A DNA stretch of 64,000 bases. Source: Leptonemataceae bacterium (GTDB lineage Bacteria; Spirochaetota; Leptospiria; Leptospirales; Leptonemataceae). The notes under the pieces were generated by a model. That model saw only the letters and a list, made by a program, of their open reading frames with translations, was not told where the DNA came from and made no database searches. The number at the start of each line of letters is the position of its first letter. Positions within the stretch are counted from its first letter, which is position 1. This document shows, in pieces, positions 31,325-41,526 of this stretch. The DNA lies in assembly GCA_965227295.1 (NCBI GenBank), contig OZ245742.1, positions 224,001-288,000 of the forward strand. Direction: 5' to 3'. The translations under genes were made by a program, and so were the position numbers.

Positions 31325-32182
31325 TTAACCCTGCTGTGCCTGGTAGACGCAGGCCTCGGCGGCCAGGCGGGCGCCAAGATACGTCCACACGGGTAAAAGA
31401 TCGATGCCCGTGGCCGCAGCACCGGTGGCGCTGTCGGCGATGTTCGCCACGGCGGCCCCGCTGGGCAGAATGCCCTTGATCTTCTCCGTAATGGGACCGG
31501 TGTAATCCTTGGCCTGGGCGACATAGCCGTCCAGGGTACCGGAGAGTTGCCCCATGACGCCCTGGGCCTGCTGGATGGCGTCGGCCCCGGCGAAGCCGCT
31601 GAACTTCGAGGCAATGTCGTTTTCTTTGCTGTTCATGAGCTTCTGAATGAGCCCGGCTCCGGCCTCGGCCAGGTTATCCGAGAACGGCAGGGCGATCTCA
31701 CCGATGCCGTAAAAGATGGCGGCCTCGCGGCCGGCCGGAAGGTTCTGGAAGGTGGAAACTTTCGTCGTGACGTCGCCGGGAATGAGTTTGTAGATCATGT
31801 AGGCGAGGCCGATGCCTTTCAGCGCCGCGTCGGTAGCCTGCTCCTGATCGCTCTCGAACGTGCGCTTTTTTGAGCCGCCGCCGCCGAAGATCGACAGCAG
31901 GTTTTTTACACCGGCGTAACCGGCAATGAGCTTATCGCTGGTGTCCAGGGCGCCGGCGGTCCACAGGGCCTTCTCCACGTCCTCGGTACCCGCAATCTCT
32001 TTGGCCTTCGCCGCGAGATCCGGGCCGCCGCCGGGGGCCACGCGCTCCGCGGCCTCTTCGATGGTTTTGTAGGCCTTGAATTCCGGCGCGAAGGGGACGG
32101 CACCGAACATGGTACTGCATAGTTTTACGGAAAGATCGCCTTCGTTGTATTCTGCGAGTTTGCTCTCGAGCTTGCTGGACAT
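31325..32182 (-). CDS. Hypothetical soluble protein, paralog of the C-terminal domain of 32362-33594
   Basis: Shared blocks DL.VKLC..F..PFAP.F, RTFE.D..QA.DAA.K, E.ALPF.DNL.E.GA, ADSATGA.ATG.D..P...LGARLAAEA. Confidence 0.8.
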   Translation of the reverse strand: MSSKLESKLAEYNEGDLSVKLCSTMFGAVPFAPEFKAYKTIEEAAERVAPGGGPDLAAKAKEIAGTEDVEKALWTAGALDTSDKLIAGYAGVKNLLSIFGGGGSKKRTFESDQEQATDAALKGIGLAYMIYKLIPGDVTTKVSTFQNLPAGREAAIFYGIGEIALPFSDNLAEAGAGLIQKLMNSKENDIASKFSGFAGADAIQQAQGVMGQLSGTLDGYVAQAKDYTGPITEKIKGILPSGAAVANIADSATGAAATGIDLLPVWTYLGARLAAEACVYQAQQG

Positions 32183-32361
32183 GGAATGCTCCTGTATTGC
32201 GTGAAGTAGTTCGACAATAACATCCACGGCCGCGCTAATCTGTAAAACAAAAATCAGTTCGCGAATTCGCAGGAAATATCTTGATCTATTTACGCAAACC
32301 TTTCGAAGTTCGTAAACGCAGCGAGTGCTGATATTCGTACAGGCGAGAAGGAGATAAAACT

Positions 32362-33594
32362 ATGGCGCTGACTTCCCGTGGAACCGGATGGGAGATCTTA
32401 CAAACGTGGTACGTGCTTTTGACGCTGCCGTTCGGCCTCTTGAGCTGGGCCGCGTTCTTCTACACCGGCTTTCGTGCCGGTCGCTGGAAGTGGTACGCGG
32501 CGGGCCTCTTCTACCTCGTCTGGTTCGTGGCGTTCATTTATTTGACCGACCGCTATCCCTCCGAGGAAGACCGCGCGAACGTCCCCTGGTTCGACGGTTT
32601 CATGTGGGGTTACATGTTGTCGTGGATCGGATCGATCATTCACTCGCTCATCATTCGCAAAGAATTTCTGCTGCACCTGGACGCCCGCTCCACGAAGAAA
32701 GAGCAGAAGACCGATCACATGAAGTCCGCCGTGCAGGCGCAGTACGGGCTCTCCGGCAATCGCGTGGACGAGATGCTCGTCGAGTTCAAAGAAGACGATC
32801 TCACCGTAAAACTCTGCGGCGCGTTGTTCAGCGTCATGCCCTTCGCCCCGGACTTTCGCTTTTATCATAACCTGCGCGGTGCGACGGATCGTGCCGGCGG
32901 GGACGACCAGGTCTACGAACGCGCGAAGATGCTCGCCACCCGCGACGAATTCGCCGGCGCCACGAAGGTCGTGCGCGGCCTCGACATGGTGGACTCCGGC
33001 CTGGGGATTTATACGGGCTTCAAGAACGTTTACGAACACGTAAAAGAGAAAGACCGCCCGCGCACCTTCGAAGCGGACCCGCAGCAGGCCGCCGACGCCG
33101 CGGTAAAGTTACTCGGCATCGCGTACATGGTCGCGACGCTCTTTCCCGGCGGCGTCAGCGAGAAGGTATCGCAGTTTTTGCAAACGAAAGCCGGCAAAGA
33201 GTTAGCGATCTACTACGCCGGCGTGGAAGTGGCCCTCCCGTTTACGGACAATCTCATGGAAGGCGGCGCCGATCTCGTGGATCGCATCCTGGCCGCGCAA
33301 CCGGGCGATGTCGAACAAAAGTTCGCGGAGTTTTCCGGCGGCACGCCCCTCGACGACGCGCGGCCGGTACTCATGCAACTTAAGGATCAGATCACCGGGC
33401 TCTTATCCCAGGTGAAGATGTACGTGGATCCACTGACCGAACGTGTAAAAACGTTCGTGCCCCAGGCCATGAACGTCGCCGACTCGGCCACGGGAGCAGT
33501 CGCGACGGGACTCGATATGATGCCGACGTATCGTTTCCTCGGTGCGCGGCTGGCGGCGGAGGCGGCCGTGTTGCGGGCGCAGCGGGGGGAGTGA
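32362..33594 (+). CDS. Hypothetical protein: 3 TM helices plus domain paralogous to 31325-32182
   Basis: AAGGAG SD; hydrophobic N-terminus; shared blocks as above. Confidence 0.8.
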   Translation: MALTSRGTGWEILQTWYVLLTLPFGLLSWAAFFYTGFRAGRWKWYAAGLFYLVWFVAFIYLTDRYPSEEDRANVPWFDGFMWGYMLSWIGSIIHSLIIRKEFLLHLDARSTKKEQKTDHMKSAVQAQYGLSGNRVDEMLVEFKEDDLTVKLCGALFSVMPFAPDFRFYHNLRGATDRAGGDDQVYERAKMLATRDEFAGATKVVRGLDMVDSGLGIYTGFKNVYEHVKEKDRPRTFEADPQQAADAAVKLLGIAYMVATLFPGGVSEKVSQFLQTKAGKELAIYYAGVEVALPFTDNLMEGGADLVDRILAAQPGDVEQKFAEFSGGTPLDDARPVLMQLKDQITGLLSQVKMYVDPLTERVKTFVPQAMNVADSATGAVATGLDMMPTYRFLGARLAAEAAVLRAQRGE

Positions 33595-33618
33595 GGGCGC
33601 GCCCCCGCCTTCACGAAC

Positions 33619-34671
33619 TCACGAACGCTCGCGAATGTAGGCGACTGTATCCCGCAGCGTAACTTCCGGTGAACGCGGGTTAAACCCCAGTTCCCGCTCC
33701 GCCCGCGACGATTCGATGTACCAGAAGTAGTTCGCCATGTCGGCGGACACCGGATCGACGCCGTCCACCGGGGATTTCGCCCGGCCTCCGGAACCGCGAT
33801 CCACGAAGCGCGCGAAACCGGAGAGCAAACGTGCGCCGGCTACGGAAAGCTTCGGGTGTAGCTCCACGTTCGGCGCCTTCACACCGCTGATGCGCTCCAG
33901 CAGATTCATGTACTCCCGAAACGGCAGGTTGGCCGCGCCGAGCAACCAGGTACGATACGGGCCGCCGTTCTCGCCGTCGGTCTTAACTTTTTTCGATGGA
34001 ATCTTAGCCGCCGCCAGGCTTGCCGCGGCAATGTCCCGGGCATCCACGAAGGAAAGCCCCCCCGCGGGAATGCCCGGGATACCGCGATCGAGGAACTGCT
34101 TCACGTCGCCGGTGCTCGAGAACTCGGCGTCCCCCGGCCCCAGGGCGAGACTCGGCCGCAGAATCGACAGCGTGCGCTCGTGTTCCCGGGACCAGGCAAT
34201 GGCAAGTTTTTCCTGGTAGATTTTGGATGAATAGTACGGCCAGCGGAGCGCCGGTTCGAGAGCGTAGGGTGCGTCATCGTCCACCGGTCGGGGTTTCTCG
34301 GAAATGCCCACGGTGCCGCTCGTGGACATGAGCACCACGCGTTCCACGCTTGAGTCCAGAACGGCGTCGAGGAGTCGGCGCGTCCCGTCCACGTGCAACA
34401 TCATCATGCGTCGACGCGACCCGGCGTCGTCGCTGCGATGGACGGCCCCGGCGAGATGAAACAACACGCTTGTTTCGCGCAGGAATTGCGCCAGGTCTTC
34501 GGCGTTCGTAAGATCGCCGCGCACGTACTCCAGGCGTTCGTCGCCCGCAAACTCGTCGATGCGACGACCGCTGCTCGTTAAGATGCGCACCCGCGCGTCG
34601 TCTTCCGCGAGCAGACATCGCACCAGTTCGCGTCCGATGAATCCGTTGCCGCCTGTGACTGCATATATCAT
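33619..34671 (-). CDS. NAD-dependent epimerase/dehydratase (extended SDR); possibly ElbE-like
   Basis: VTGGNGFIG, FHLAG, MSTSG, YYSSK (YxxxK), FVDARD. Confidence 0.85.
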   Translation of the reverse strand: MIYAVTGGNGFIGRELVRCLLAEDDARVRILTSSGRRIDEFAGDERLEYVRGDLTNAEDLAQFLRETSVLFHLAGAVHRSDDAGSRRRMMMLHVDGTRRLLDAVLDSSVERVVLMSTSGTVGISEKPRPVDDDAPYALEPALRWPYYSSKIYQEKLAIAWSREHERTLSILRPSLALGPGDAEFSSTGDVKQFLDRGIPGIPAGGLSFVDARDIAAASLAAAKIPSKKVKTDGENGGPYRTWLLGAANLPFREYMNLLERISGVKAPNVELHPKLSVAGARLLSGFARFVDRGSGGRAKSPVDGVDPVSADMANYFWYIESSRAERELGFNPRSPEVTLRDTVAYIRERS

Positions 34672-34684
34672 ATCAACATCCCAC

Positions 34685-36346
34685 TTAAAGTTGGTCCCGC
34701 ACGTAGCGCGCGTACCGTAGCCCGCTTTCATAGAGAATCATGAAAATCGTATAGCTCATGAGCGCGGACAAAAAGGCATGCAACGTTTGCTGGTACTCGA
34801 TGAAGCGCGTGACGCTGTAGCTGTGCGTCATGGCCACCGCCACGATCACCGCCCCGGCGCACACTGCCAGGACCAAAACGTCACGTACGAGCACGACGAG
34901 CACCGCGTCGCGCAGAAAGATGGGGCCGTACCTCCGCAGCCAGGCCGCGCCAATCAGCGCGACACCGGAGAAAAATAACAGCCAGCGCCCGAAGTACGCC
35001 GCGTCCAACAACGTACGCATCCCGGCCGTAAACGGCGGCGCCGCCGGCACCGGATGCACGAAGTCCGTCGCGGCCAGCTCCGCGCTGCGCTCACAGAATT
35101 TCGCCAACCGCGTCCCGGACGCACAACCGCGTTCCGCACACATTTGATCGCACACGAACGTATCGTACGTATGACGCCGAACCTTCTCGTTATCTACAAG
35201 TCGATCTTCCGCAAAGAAAAACCGCAGTTCGTTCACGACTCGCCGCGCGTAACGCCCCGGCTCCGCCCACAGTGCGCGCCGGACATAGTCCCGGTAGACG
35301 TCCGCCACGCGCTCCGGCGGATACTTCTCGGACAAAAAGCTTGAGTCATAGCGGTCGTCGTAGATCAGGATCTCCGGATTGTAACCGGTCAGAGGAAAGC
35401 CGCCCGCCGGATGAGCCCGGCCGCCGGAAACGCGGCGCAGTAATTCCTTAAGTTCTTCTCGATTTATGTTTATCGTTTGCGAGTGTTCCAGGTCTTCGCG
35501 CAGCAGCGGCTCGATGGCCGCGGCATTAAAGGCAAAGAGCATCTGCGACGCATACATTTTTGAGGCGGGGTCCTTCGCGGCCAGGTGGCGTTCCGGCAGG
35601 AGGATTATGCCGGCGGCGAGCACGGCGCCCAGGAGGACCGGCAAGAGCGGCCTGGTCTCGAAGCGCAACCCTGGTTCGTCGGCGGTTCCGGGACGCACGA
35701 CGGCAACCACCCCGACCAGAGACAACACCGCCGGAACAAGAAAACCCAGAGACGGCTTGATCACGTACCCCGCGCAGGCCAGCAACATCATCCACAGACA
35801 TTCGGCGTAAAAGCGCGGAGAACCCCGGCCGCGTGCATCCAGGGCCGCGTTGTAAGCGATGAACCGCCCGAGAAAGAACACCAGCGCGCTCAGATAAAAG
35901 ACCGCGAACGCCTCGGTGAGAGCCGTGTACTCGTAGTAGATCAAAGAAGGCGAGAGCGCTGTCACGCTGACTACGGCGAGACCCAGGCCGCGATGTACGA
36001 GAGCGGGAACCAACCGCGCCCCCGGCTCACGGTAGCGTTCCCACGCTAACATTAATAAAATACAACCTGACAATCCCAGGCAGCGCTGAATGACGGTGAG
36101 GGTACCGAAATCCCCCGCGGCCAGAGCGGCGGCCACAAAGAGTCCATAACCGTACGGGCGGGCGTTCCGATGTCGAAACTCTCCCTGCTCCAATAAATCC
36201 AGGGCCGGCAGAATGTAGCCGGTGCTGTCCGGTTCCAAAAAGGGCGTCGCTACCGGGGACAGCCGCATGCCGGCGCCGAACAGGAGCAGCACGGCCACGG
36301 CCGCGAAGTAGCCGTAGCCGACCCACTGGACCATTCTGCGTTTCAC
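34685..36346 (-). CDS. Polytopic membrane protein (possibly GT-C glycosyltransferase-like)
   Basis: About 11-12 hydrophobic segments; PDS.GY, RPYGY, LTE motifs. Function is inference. Confidence 0.6.
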   Translation of the reverse strand: MKRRMVQWVGYGYFAAVAVLLLFGAGMRLSPVATPFLEPDSTGYILPALDLLEQGEFRHRNARPYGYGLFVAAALAAGDFGTLTVIQRCLGLSGCILLMLAWERYREPGARLVPALVHRGLGLAVVSVTALSPSLIYYEYTALTEAFAVFYLSALVFFLGRFIAYNAALDARGRGSPRFYAECLWMMLLACAGYVIKPSLGFLVPAVLSLVGVVAVVRPGTADEPGLRFETRPLLPVLLGAVLAAGIILLPERHLAAKDPASKMYASQMLFAFNAAAIEPLLREDLEHSQTININREELKELLRRVSGGRAHPAGGFPLTGYNPEILIYDDRYDSSFLSEKYPPERVADVYRDYVRRALWAEPGRYARRVVNELRFFFAEDRLVDNEKVRRHTYDTFVCDQMCAERGCASGTRLAKFCERSAELAATDFVHPVPAAPPFTAGMRTLLDAAYFGRWLLFFSGVALIGAAWLRRYGPIFLRDAVLVVLVRDVLVLAVCAGAVIVAVAMTHSYSVTRFIEYQQTLHAFLSALMSYTIFMILYESGLRYARYVRDQL

Positions 36347-37122
36347 GAGGACTGGTCCTCCGAAAACCGGAGGCGGCAGGACAGCGCGCGCAGCTCCAGG
36401 CTCACGGCACGAATGCGCAGCATGGACTCATCGCGCAGCTCCACGACGAAGCCGCTGCTCGTTGTTGTCGTAACAGCTTCCATCACACCGCCCGGCCATG
36501 CTCGTTCAAAGCGCAGGCCCGGCGACGTCACGCTTTTGAAGTCGACCCAGCCGTGGCGCGCATCGTAGGTGAAGCCCAGGTCCCGCGCCGGTTGATACTC
36601 TTCGTCGTACAGTCGCAGTCGCCTTAACTGTAACCGGGCGCAACTTTGTCGAACCGGCACGAACGACAGCAGCCCTGGCTCCACGGCTTGCTGTAACTCA
36701 AAACGCACGGTGAACCAATCGTCCTCCACGGCGATGCTTGTCTCGGTCGTCTGTAGCGGCCCGTACCGGCGCTGCCCGGACGGCGTCGCCGCTGGCTGCA
36801 CTTCGGCGTACTGAAAGATGGCGGATTCGGAATAATCCAGCGTGCGCGCGGCCCACCAGCGCGCGCCGAGCACGACGCCGACAATCAATGCAATGCCCGT
36901 CACTGTCGTCGCCCACAACCGGCGTCGGTCGCGGCGGCGCTCTTCCGGGCCGCGATTTTCCCGGCGCCGGCGAACATAAGCCTCGTTCGCGGCGTGCCAC
37001 TGCGCCCAGGCTTCCGGCGGTACACCGTCGCCGCGGCCGTCCCGGCGCAGGACCTCGGCGCGGCGCAGGACCTCGGCGCGGCGCAGCGCAAGGCGGCGCT
37101 GCTCCAGTTCCGCCCGGGTCAT
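36343..37122 (-). CDS. Hypothetical single-pass membrane protein
   Basis: Arg-rich N-terminus, one TM helix, beta-rich C-terminus; GTGA overlap with the next gene. Confidence 0.55.
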   Translation of the reverse strand: MTRAELEQRRLALRRAEVLRRAEVLRRDGRGDGVPPEAWAQWHAANEAYVRRRRENRGPEERRRDRRRLWATTVTGIALIVGVVLGARWWAARTLDYSESAIFQYAEVQPAATPSGQRRYGPLQTTETSIAVEDDWFTVRFELQQAVEPGLLSFVPVRQSCARLQLRRLRLYDEEYQPARDLGFTYDARHGWVDFKSVTSPGLRFERAWPGGVMEAVTTTTSSGFVVELRDESMLRIRAVSLELRALSCRLRFSEDQSS

Positions 37123-37321
37123 AGACAATTTTTGCTTTTCTTGCACTATATTTAACGCGCACTTCCGGTCGTCGTCGGCACGAGCTGAGCCGGGACCGGG
37201 GGTACTGATGAGCGCTGCCGTTTCTTTTCGCGAGCATTTTTCCCGGATGCCGCGCATTACACCGTGTCAGCCCGAGGATCGGGCTTGACCGGGAACTTCG
37301 CGCCGGGCACGTACCGATAAC

Positions 37322-39004
37322 GTGCGCACCTGGATCGTGTTGTTCTTCGCTCTGCGGATGCTCGTCATCTCGGCGATCGTCTACAACGTAACGCGGTTTC
37401 TGCCGACGGACCTCAGGTCCAGGCTCCGCTATCGGCGCACGCTGCACGGCGCGCGCATGCTGGCGAGTTTCTGTCTGCGTCGCGGCGGCATCTTCCTCAA
37501 GGCCGCGCAGTACTTCTCCACCATCTCGAATCTTTTCGACGCCGAGTTCACCGAGATCTTCGCCGGCGTTCCCGATCGCGCGGAGCCCCAGCCGTACGAA
37601 AAAGTCCGCTATCGTTTTCGCGCGGAGTTCAACGCCGATCCCGAGGAACTCTTCCTGGAATTCGACCGGCGTCCGCTGGCGGCGGCATCCCTGGGACAGG
37701 TTCACGTGGGCCGGATCAAAGACGGTCGCAAGGTCGCCGTGAAGTTCTTGCATCCGAAAATGGAAAGTCTCATTCGCCGGGACCTGCGCGCGCTGAAGTA
37801 CGCCGTCGCGCTCATCCGCTGGTTCTACGGTCATCTCGATTTCCGCGGACACCTCAACGAATTCTCCAACATGATCCAGATGGAGATCGATTATCAGAAC
37901 GAGGCCGAAAACATGCGGCGGGTTCGAGACAACTTCGAGGATGACCCGCGCATCATCGTGCCGGCGGTCATCGACGAACTGAGCCGGTCCACGGTCCTCA
38001 CCACGGAGTACATTGAGGGCATTCCCATTTCGAAGATCGATCAGCTCGATCGTTACGGCGTGGATCGCCGCGCGGTGACCGAACTGCTCGTCGAGGCCTA
38101 CTCGCGCATGATCTTCGAGCATCGCTTTTATCATGCCGATCCCCACGCCGGTAACATCTTCGTGCTCACCGCCGACGCCCTGCATCCGGAGCGCCTGGCC
38201 TTCGTGGACTTCGGCGCCACCCAGATGGTCACCGAAACCATGATGGACACGATGCAGCGGGCCATTGAGATCATGCGGGCCCGGGACATTCAGGCTCTGG
38301 TTCAGTTAGCTTTCGATGCGGGGATCTTAAGGGACGACGCCGACCGCGAGACCTACACGAACCTTACGGAGTTGATCTACGCGCGGCACAGTTCGTTTAA
38401 GCTGGACGAACACTATCGCATCAACCCCGTGCGTTTCGGCCGCATCATCAAGGTCCGGGACCTGGCCGGTGTCGGCCTGCGCCTGCGCGAACTGATCGCC
38501 CAGATTAAGTTACCGCGAAAGTACATTTACCTGGGGCGGACGCTTACATTGATTCTATCTCAGGCCCAGCGCCTGGACGAACGCGTAAACGTCTTTCGCA
38601 CCGCCCGCCCCCACGTGGATCGTTACCTGGGTCTCAAGCGCCGCGGCATTGCGGCGTACTTACGAAAGCGCGGCTGGTCGAAGTTTCTCGATCGGTTGCA
38701 GAATCCCGCGGCGGTGGCGGTGGAAGCCTACGGTTCCACGGGCGCGTTACAAAACGAACGCGAGCGCGCGCGACTGTATTACAGCCTGGGCCAGCAGGCT
38801 TTGTTCTCGGCACTCGGCCTCGGCTTTGCCGGTCTCGGCGTCTGGCTGCAGTTGCAAATCGGCACCGCGGACTTCACGGCGGGTGCGATGATCATCATCG
38901 GCGGCGCGGGACTCGAGGTTTGGGCGGAACGTTGTTTTTATGCGGCCGGGGCGTGCTTTGCGTTTGTGTTGTATCGCATGTGGCGGAGTCGCCGAACACG
39001 ATAG
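37322..39004 (+). CDS. AarF/UbiB (ABC1) atypical kinase family protein
   Basis: GGIFLKAAQ, PLAAASLGQVH, VAVK, EIDY.NEA, HADPHAGN, FVDFG; C-terminal TM helices. Confidence 0.92.
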   Translation: MRTWIVLFFALRMLVISAIVYNVTRFLPTDLRSRLRYRRTLHGARMLASFCLRRGGIFLKAAQYFSTISNLFDAEFTEIFAGVPDRAEPQPYEKVRYRFRAEFNADPEELFLEFDRRPLAAASLGQVHVGRIKDGRKVAVKFLHPKMESLIRRDLRALKYAVALIRWFYGHLDFRGHLNEFSNMIQMEIDYQNEAENMRRVRDNFEDDPRIIVPAVIDELSRSTVLTTEYIEGIPISKIDQLDRYGVDRRAVTELLVEAYSRMIFEHRFYHADPHAGNIFVLTADALHPERLAFVDFGATQMVTETMMDTMQRAIEIMRARDIQALVQLAFDAGILRDDADRETYTNLTELIYARHSSFKLDEHYRINPVRFGRIIKVRDLAGVGLRLRELIAQIKLPRKYIYLGRTLTLILSQAQRLDERVNVFRTARPHVDRYLGLKRRGIAAYLRKRGWSKFLDRLQNPAAVAVEAYGSTGALQNERERARLYYSLGQQALFSALGLGFAGLGVWLQLQIGTADFTAGAMIIIGGAGLEVWAERCFYAAGACFAFVLYRMWRSRRTR

Positions 39005-39410
39005 TCGCAAAAGGCGCGAATCCGTATCCGCCCCGCGGATAGAGCGGGGCTCCGGGGTGCGAATTCGCTTCCTGGATCTTTACGACGAAGACGCCGTTCG
39101 GTGCGCCGTACCACATTCCCCGGCATGACCTCCGTTCGTCAGTTGGAACCAGCCGTCCCCATACAAGGCTTAATGTACACTCACCGCCACTTACACCACG
39201 ATCCGGGGCGTCCGCGAACAACCGATACATTTCTGGTAGTTCAAGAGCTGCAGTTCGCTACCGCCGTCGTGAGAAACATGGAGTAAGTTGCAGTATAGTG
39301 AAGGGGATTTTTTGGCTACAGCTTTGCGGGAGTTGTGGATTTTCGTTTTGTTAAGAATGCTGCGTTCGACCCGGGACGCTGCTTATGCGACTCAGCTACC
39401 GCAACGTGAC

Positions 39411-40247
39411 TCACGAATCACGCAACGCGCGGTTCAGATTCCCGCTCACAAAGCCGCCGAGATCCAGCGCCACGTGCAAGAAGCCGAGCTTGCGTAATTC
39501 CGCGACGACCTTCACGCGGGTTTCAGGCTCCACCAGGCGCGGCACATCGTCCTCGCGCACTTCAATGCGCGCCGTTTGATCGTGATGGCGCACGCGAAAT
39601 TCTTTGAATCCCAACGCGAACAACACGTTCTCCGCGCGCTCGATCTGTGAAAGTTTTTCGACGCTCACGGACATGCCGTACGGAATGCGCGACGCCAGAC
39701 ACGGCGAGGCGGGTTTGTCCCAGATGCGCAGATTGCGCGCGCGGGCCAGAGCGCGCACGTCTTCTTTCGTGAGGCCCAGCTCCAACAACGGCGAACTCAC
39801 CGCGGCTTCTTTGGCCGCGAGCATGCCGGGACGATGATCGCCGGCGTCGTCGGCGTTCGCACCGTTCACCACGACCAGCGGCTCCGGGCCGCGCCAATCG
39901 TTCTTCACGGTGCGCAAAATTTGATACAGCTCCGTTTTGCAATGATAACAACGATCCCCGGCGTTCGCGACGTAGCCCGGTCGTTCGATCTCGTGCGATT
40001 CCACGAAACGATGCGGGGCGCCGATCTCGGCCGCGATCTCCGCGGCGATGCGGCGTTCCCGCTCCGGCACGGCGGCGGAGAGCGCGGTCACTCCCAGCAC
40101 GTTTTCACGGCCCAGGGCCTCACAGGCGGCCAGCAACACGAAGGCACTGTCGATGCCGCCGGAGTACGCAACGATCACTCCGCCGTACTCACGAAACCAG
40201 GCGAGCAGTTCTGCGTAGCGCTCTTCTGTTGTGACGATGCGATTCAT
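39411..40247 (-). CDS. larE: ATP-dependent sulfur transferase for nickel-pincer cofactor synthesis
   Basis: PP-loop AYSGGIDS, RCYHCK, D..DHRPG, KPASPCLASRIPYG, FRVRHH. Confidence 0.93.
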   Translation of the reverse strand: MNRIVTTEERYAELLAWFREYGGVIVAYSGGIDSAFVLLAACEALGRENVLGVTALSAAVPERERRIAAEIAAEIGAPHRFVESHEIERPGYVANAGDRCYHCKTELYQILRTVKNDWRGPEPLVVVNGANADDAGDHRPGMLAAKEAAVSSPLLELGLTKEDVRALARARNLRIWDKPASPCLASRIPYGMSVSVEKLSQIERAENVLFALGFKEFRVRHHDQTARIEVREDDVPRLVEPETRVKVVAELRKLGFLHVALDLGGFVSGNLNRALRDS

Positions 40248-40275
40248 GTTTGCGACAGTTGCCGGCGCACTGCTT

Positions 40276-41526
40276 TCAGGAAAGCCGTCGGCGTGCCGCC
40301 TCAAGCGCGGCGGCGTGCACCTCTTTCAGGGCGACGCCGTGTTCATCGGCGCGGCTCGCGCAATCATCGTACTCCGGCGCAAGATTGTAAACAGATTCCC
40401 GGGCCGCGTCGCGGCCGACCTTCACGCGGATGCTTCCGTACGCGGTCTCCACAACGATCGTTTCGCGCTGCAACTTACGCCGCTCCACGATTTCCCGGCG
40501 CACGCCGATGGTCGTCGTCTCGCGAAAGAGGACCTCCAGTACGGCGTCTTCATCTCCGGGCACGCACAACAAACTCAGCACCACGCCGGGACGATTCTTT
40601 TTCATCAGTACCGGGGTGCTCCAGACCTCCAGGGCCCCGGCGGCGTACAGGGCATCCACGGCCCGCCCGATCCATTGCGGACTGCTGTCGTCTAAGTTGC
40701 ACTCAAATCGTGTTACGATATCACCGAGGAATTGCTTCGTAGTTGCGGAGGATGCGGCAACGCCGATCGTAACGCGCAGGAGATTGGGCACATCCAGCGC
40801 ATGTTCTCCGGCGCCGTAGCCGATGTCATCGATGGACTGCAACGCCGGCAGCGCGCCGAAGATCGACTCCACGCCGGCCGCCCGGCCGAGTTCGGTGAAT
40901 GCCGCCAACAACGCCGCACCCGTGGGCGTCGTGAGTTCCTTTTGAATTTCGGAGGAATACACCGGCGCTCTGGCCGTGCGCAACAACGCCGCCGTGGCCG
41001 GCGCGGGGACCGGCATGAGTCCGTGACGACAGCGCACGGTACCGCTCCCCGTGTTGATCGCCGAGGCATGCACGCGCTCCACGCCCAGTTGTTCGAGACC
41101 GATCCAGGTCCCGCAGATGTCGACGATGGCGTCGACGGCGCCGACCTCGTGAAAGTGGATGCGATCCACCGTGGTGTTGTGAATCGCCGCCTCCGCCTCG
41201 CCGAGCAGTCGGAACGTGCGCAGGGCGTACCGCTTTACGTACTCCGACAGGGCGCTACCGCGAATGATTTTTTCAATGTCGCCCAGGCCGCGGTGGGGAT
41301 GGTGTTCATCACAGTGTACTTTCACCCGCGTTCCTGAGATGCCGTGCTCGACGATCTTTTCGCTTTCGATCTTCCAGCCGGAGACGCCCAGGGCACGTAA
41401 CTGCTCTTCCAGGTAAGTTAGCGACAAGCCGGCGTCGATCAGAGAGCCGAGCACCATGGAGCCGCAGATGCCGGCGGGACAGTCGAAGTAGGCGATGCGG
41501 CTTGTGCTATTCATACTGTGATTCAT
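40276..41526 (-). CDS. larC: Nickel-pincer cofactor nickel insertase
   Basis: AYFDC.AG, short His patch EHHPHR, HFHEVGAVDAIVD, PVPAPAT, ELTTPTG, MKKNRPG, ETTTIGVR, PEYDDC; single unsplit ORF. Confidence 0.93.
   Translation of the reverse strand: MNHSMNSTSRIAYFDCPAGICGSMVLGSLIDAGLSLTYLEEQLRALGVSGWKIESEKIVEHGISGTRVKVHCDEHHPHRGLGDIEKIIRGSALSEYVKRYALRTFRLLGEAEAAIHNTTVDRIHFHEVGAVDAIVDICGTWIGLEQLGVERVHASAINTGSGTVRCRHGLMPVPAPATAALLRTARAPVYSSEIQKELTTPTGAALLAAFTELGRAAGVESIFGALPALQSIDDIGYGAGEHALDVPNLLRVTIGVAASSATTKQFLGDIVTRFECNLDDSSPQWIGRAVDALYAAGALEVWSTPVLMKKNRPGVVLSLLCVPGDEDAVLEVLFRETTTIGVRREIVERRKLQRETIVVETAYGSIRVKVGRDAARESVYNLAPEYDDCASRADEHGVALKEVHAAALEAARRRLS

Noticed and set aside
39005-39410. 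Small genes in the lower-GC gap between the UbiB-family gene and larE
   Set aside because: Only short ORFs without motifs or clear RBS.
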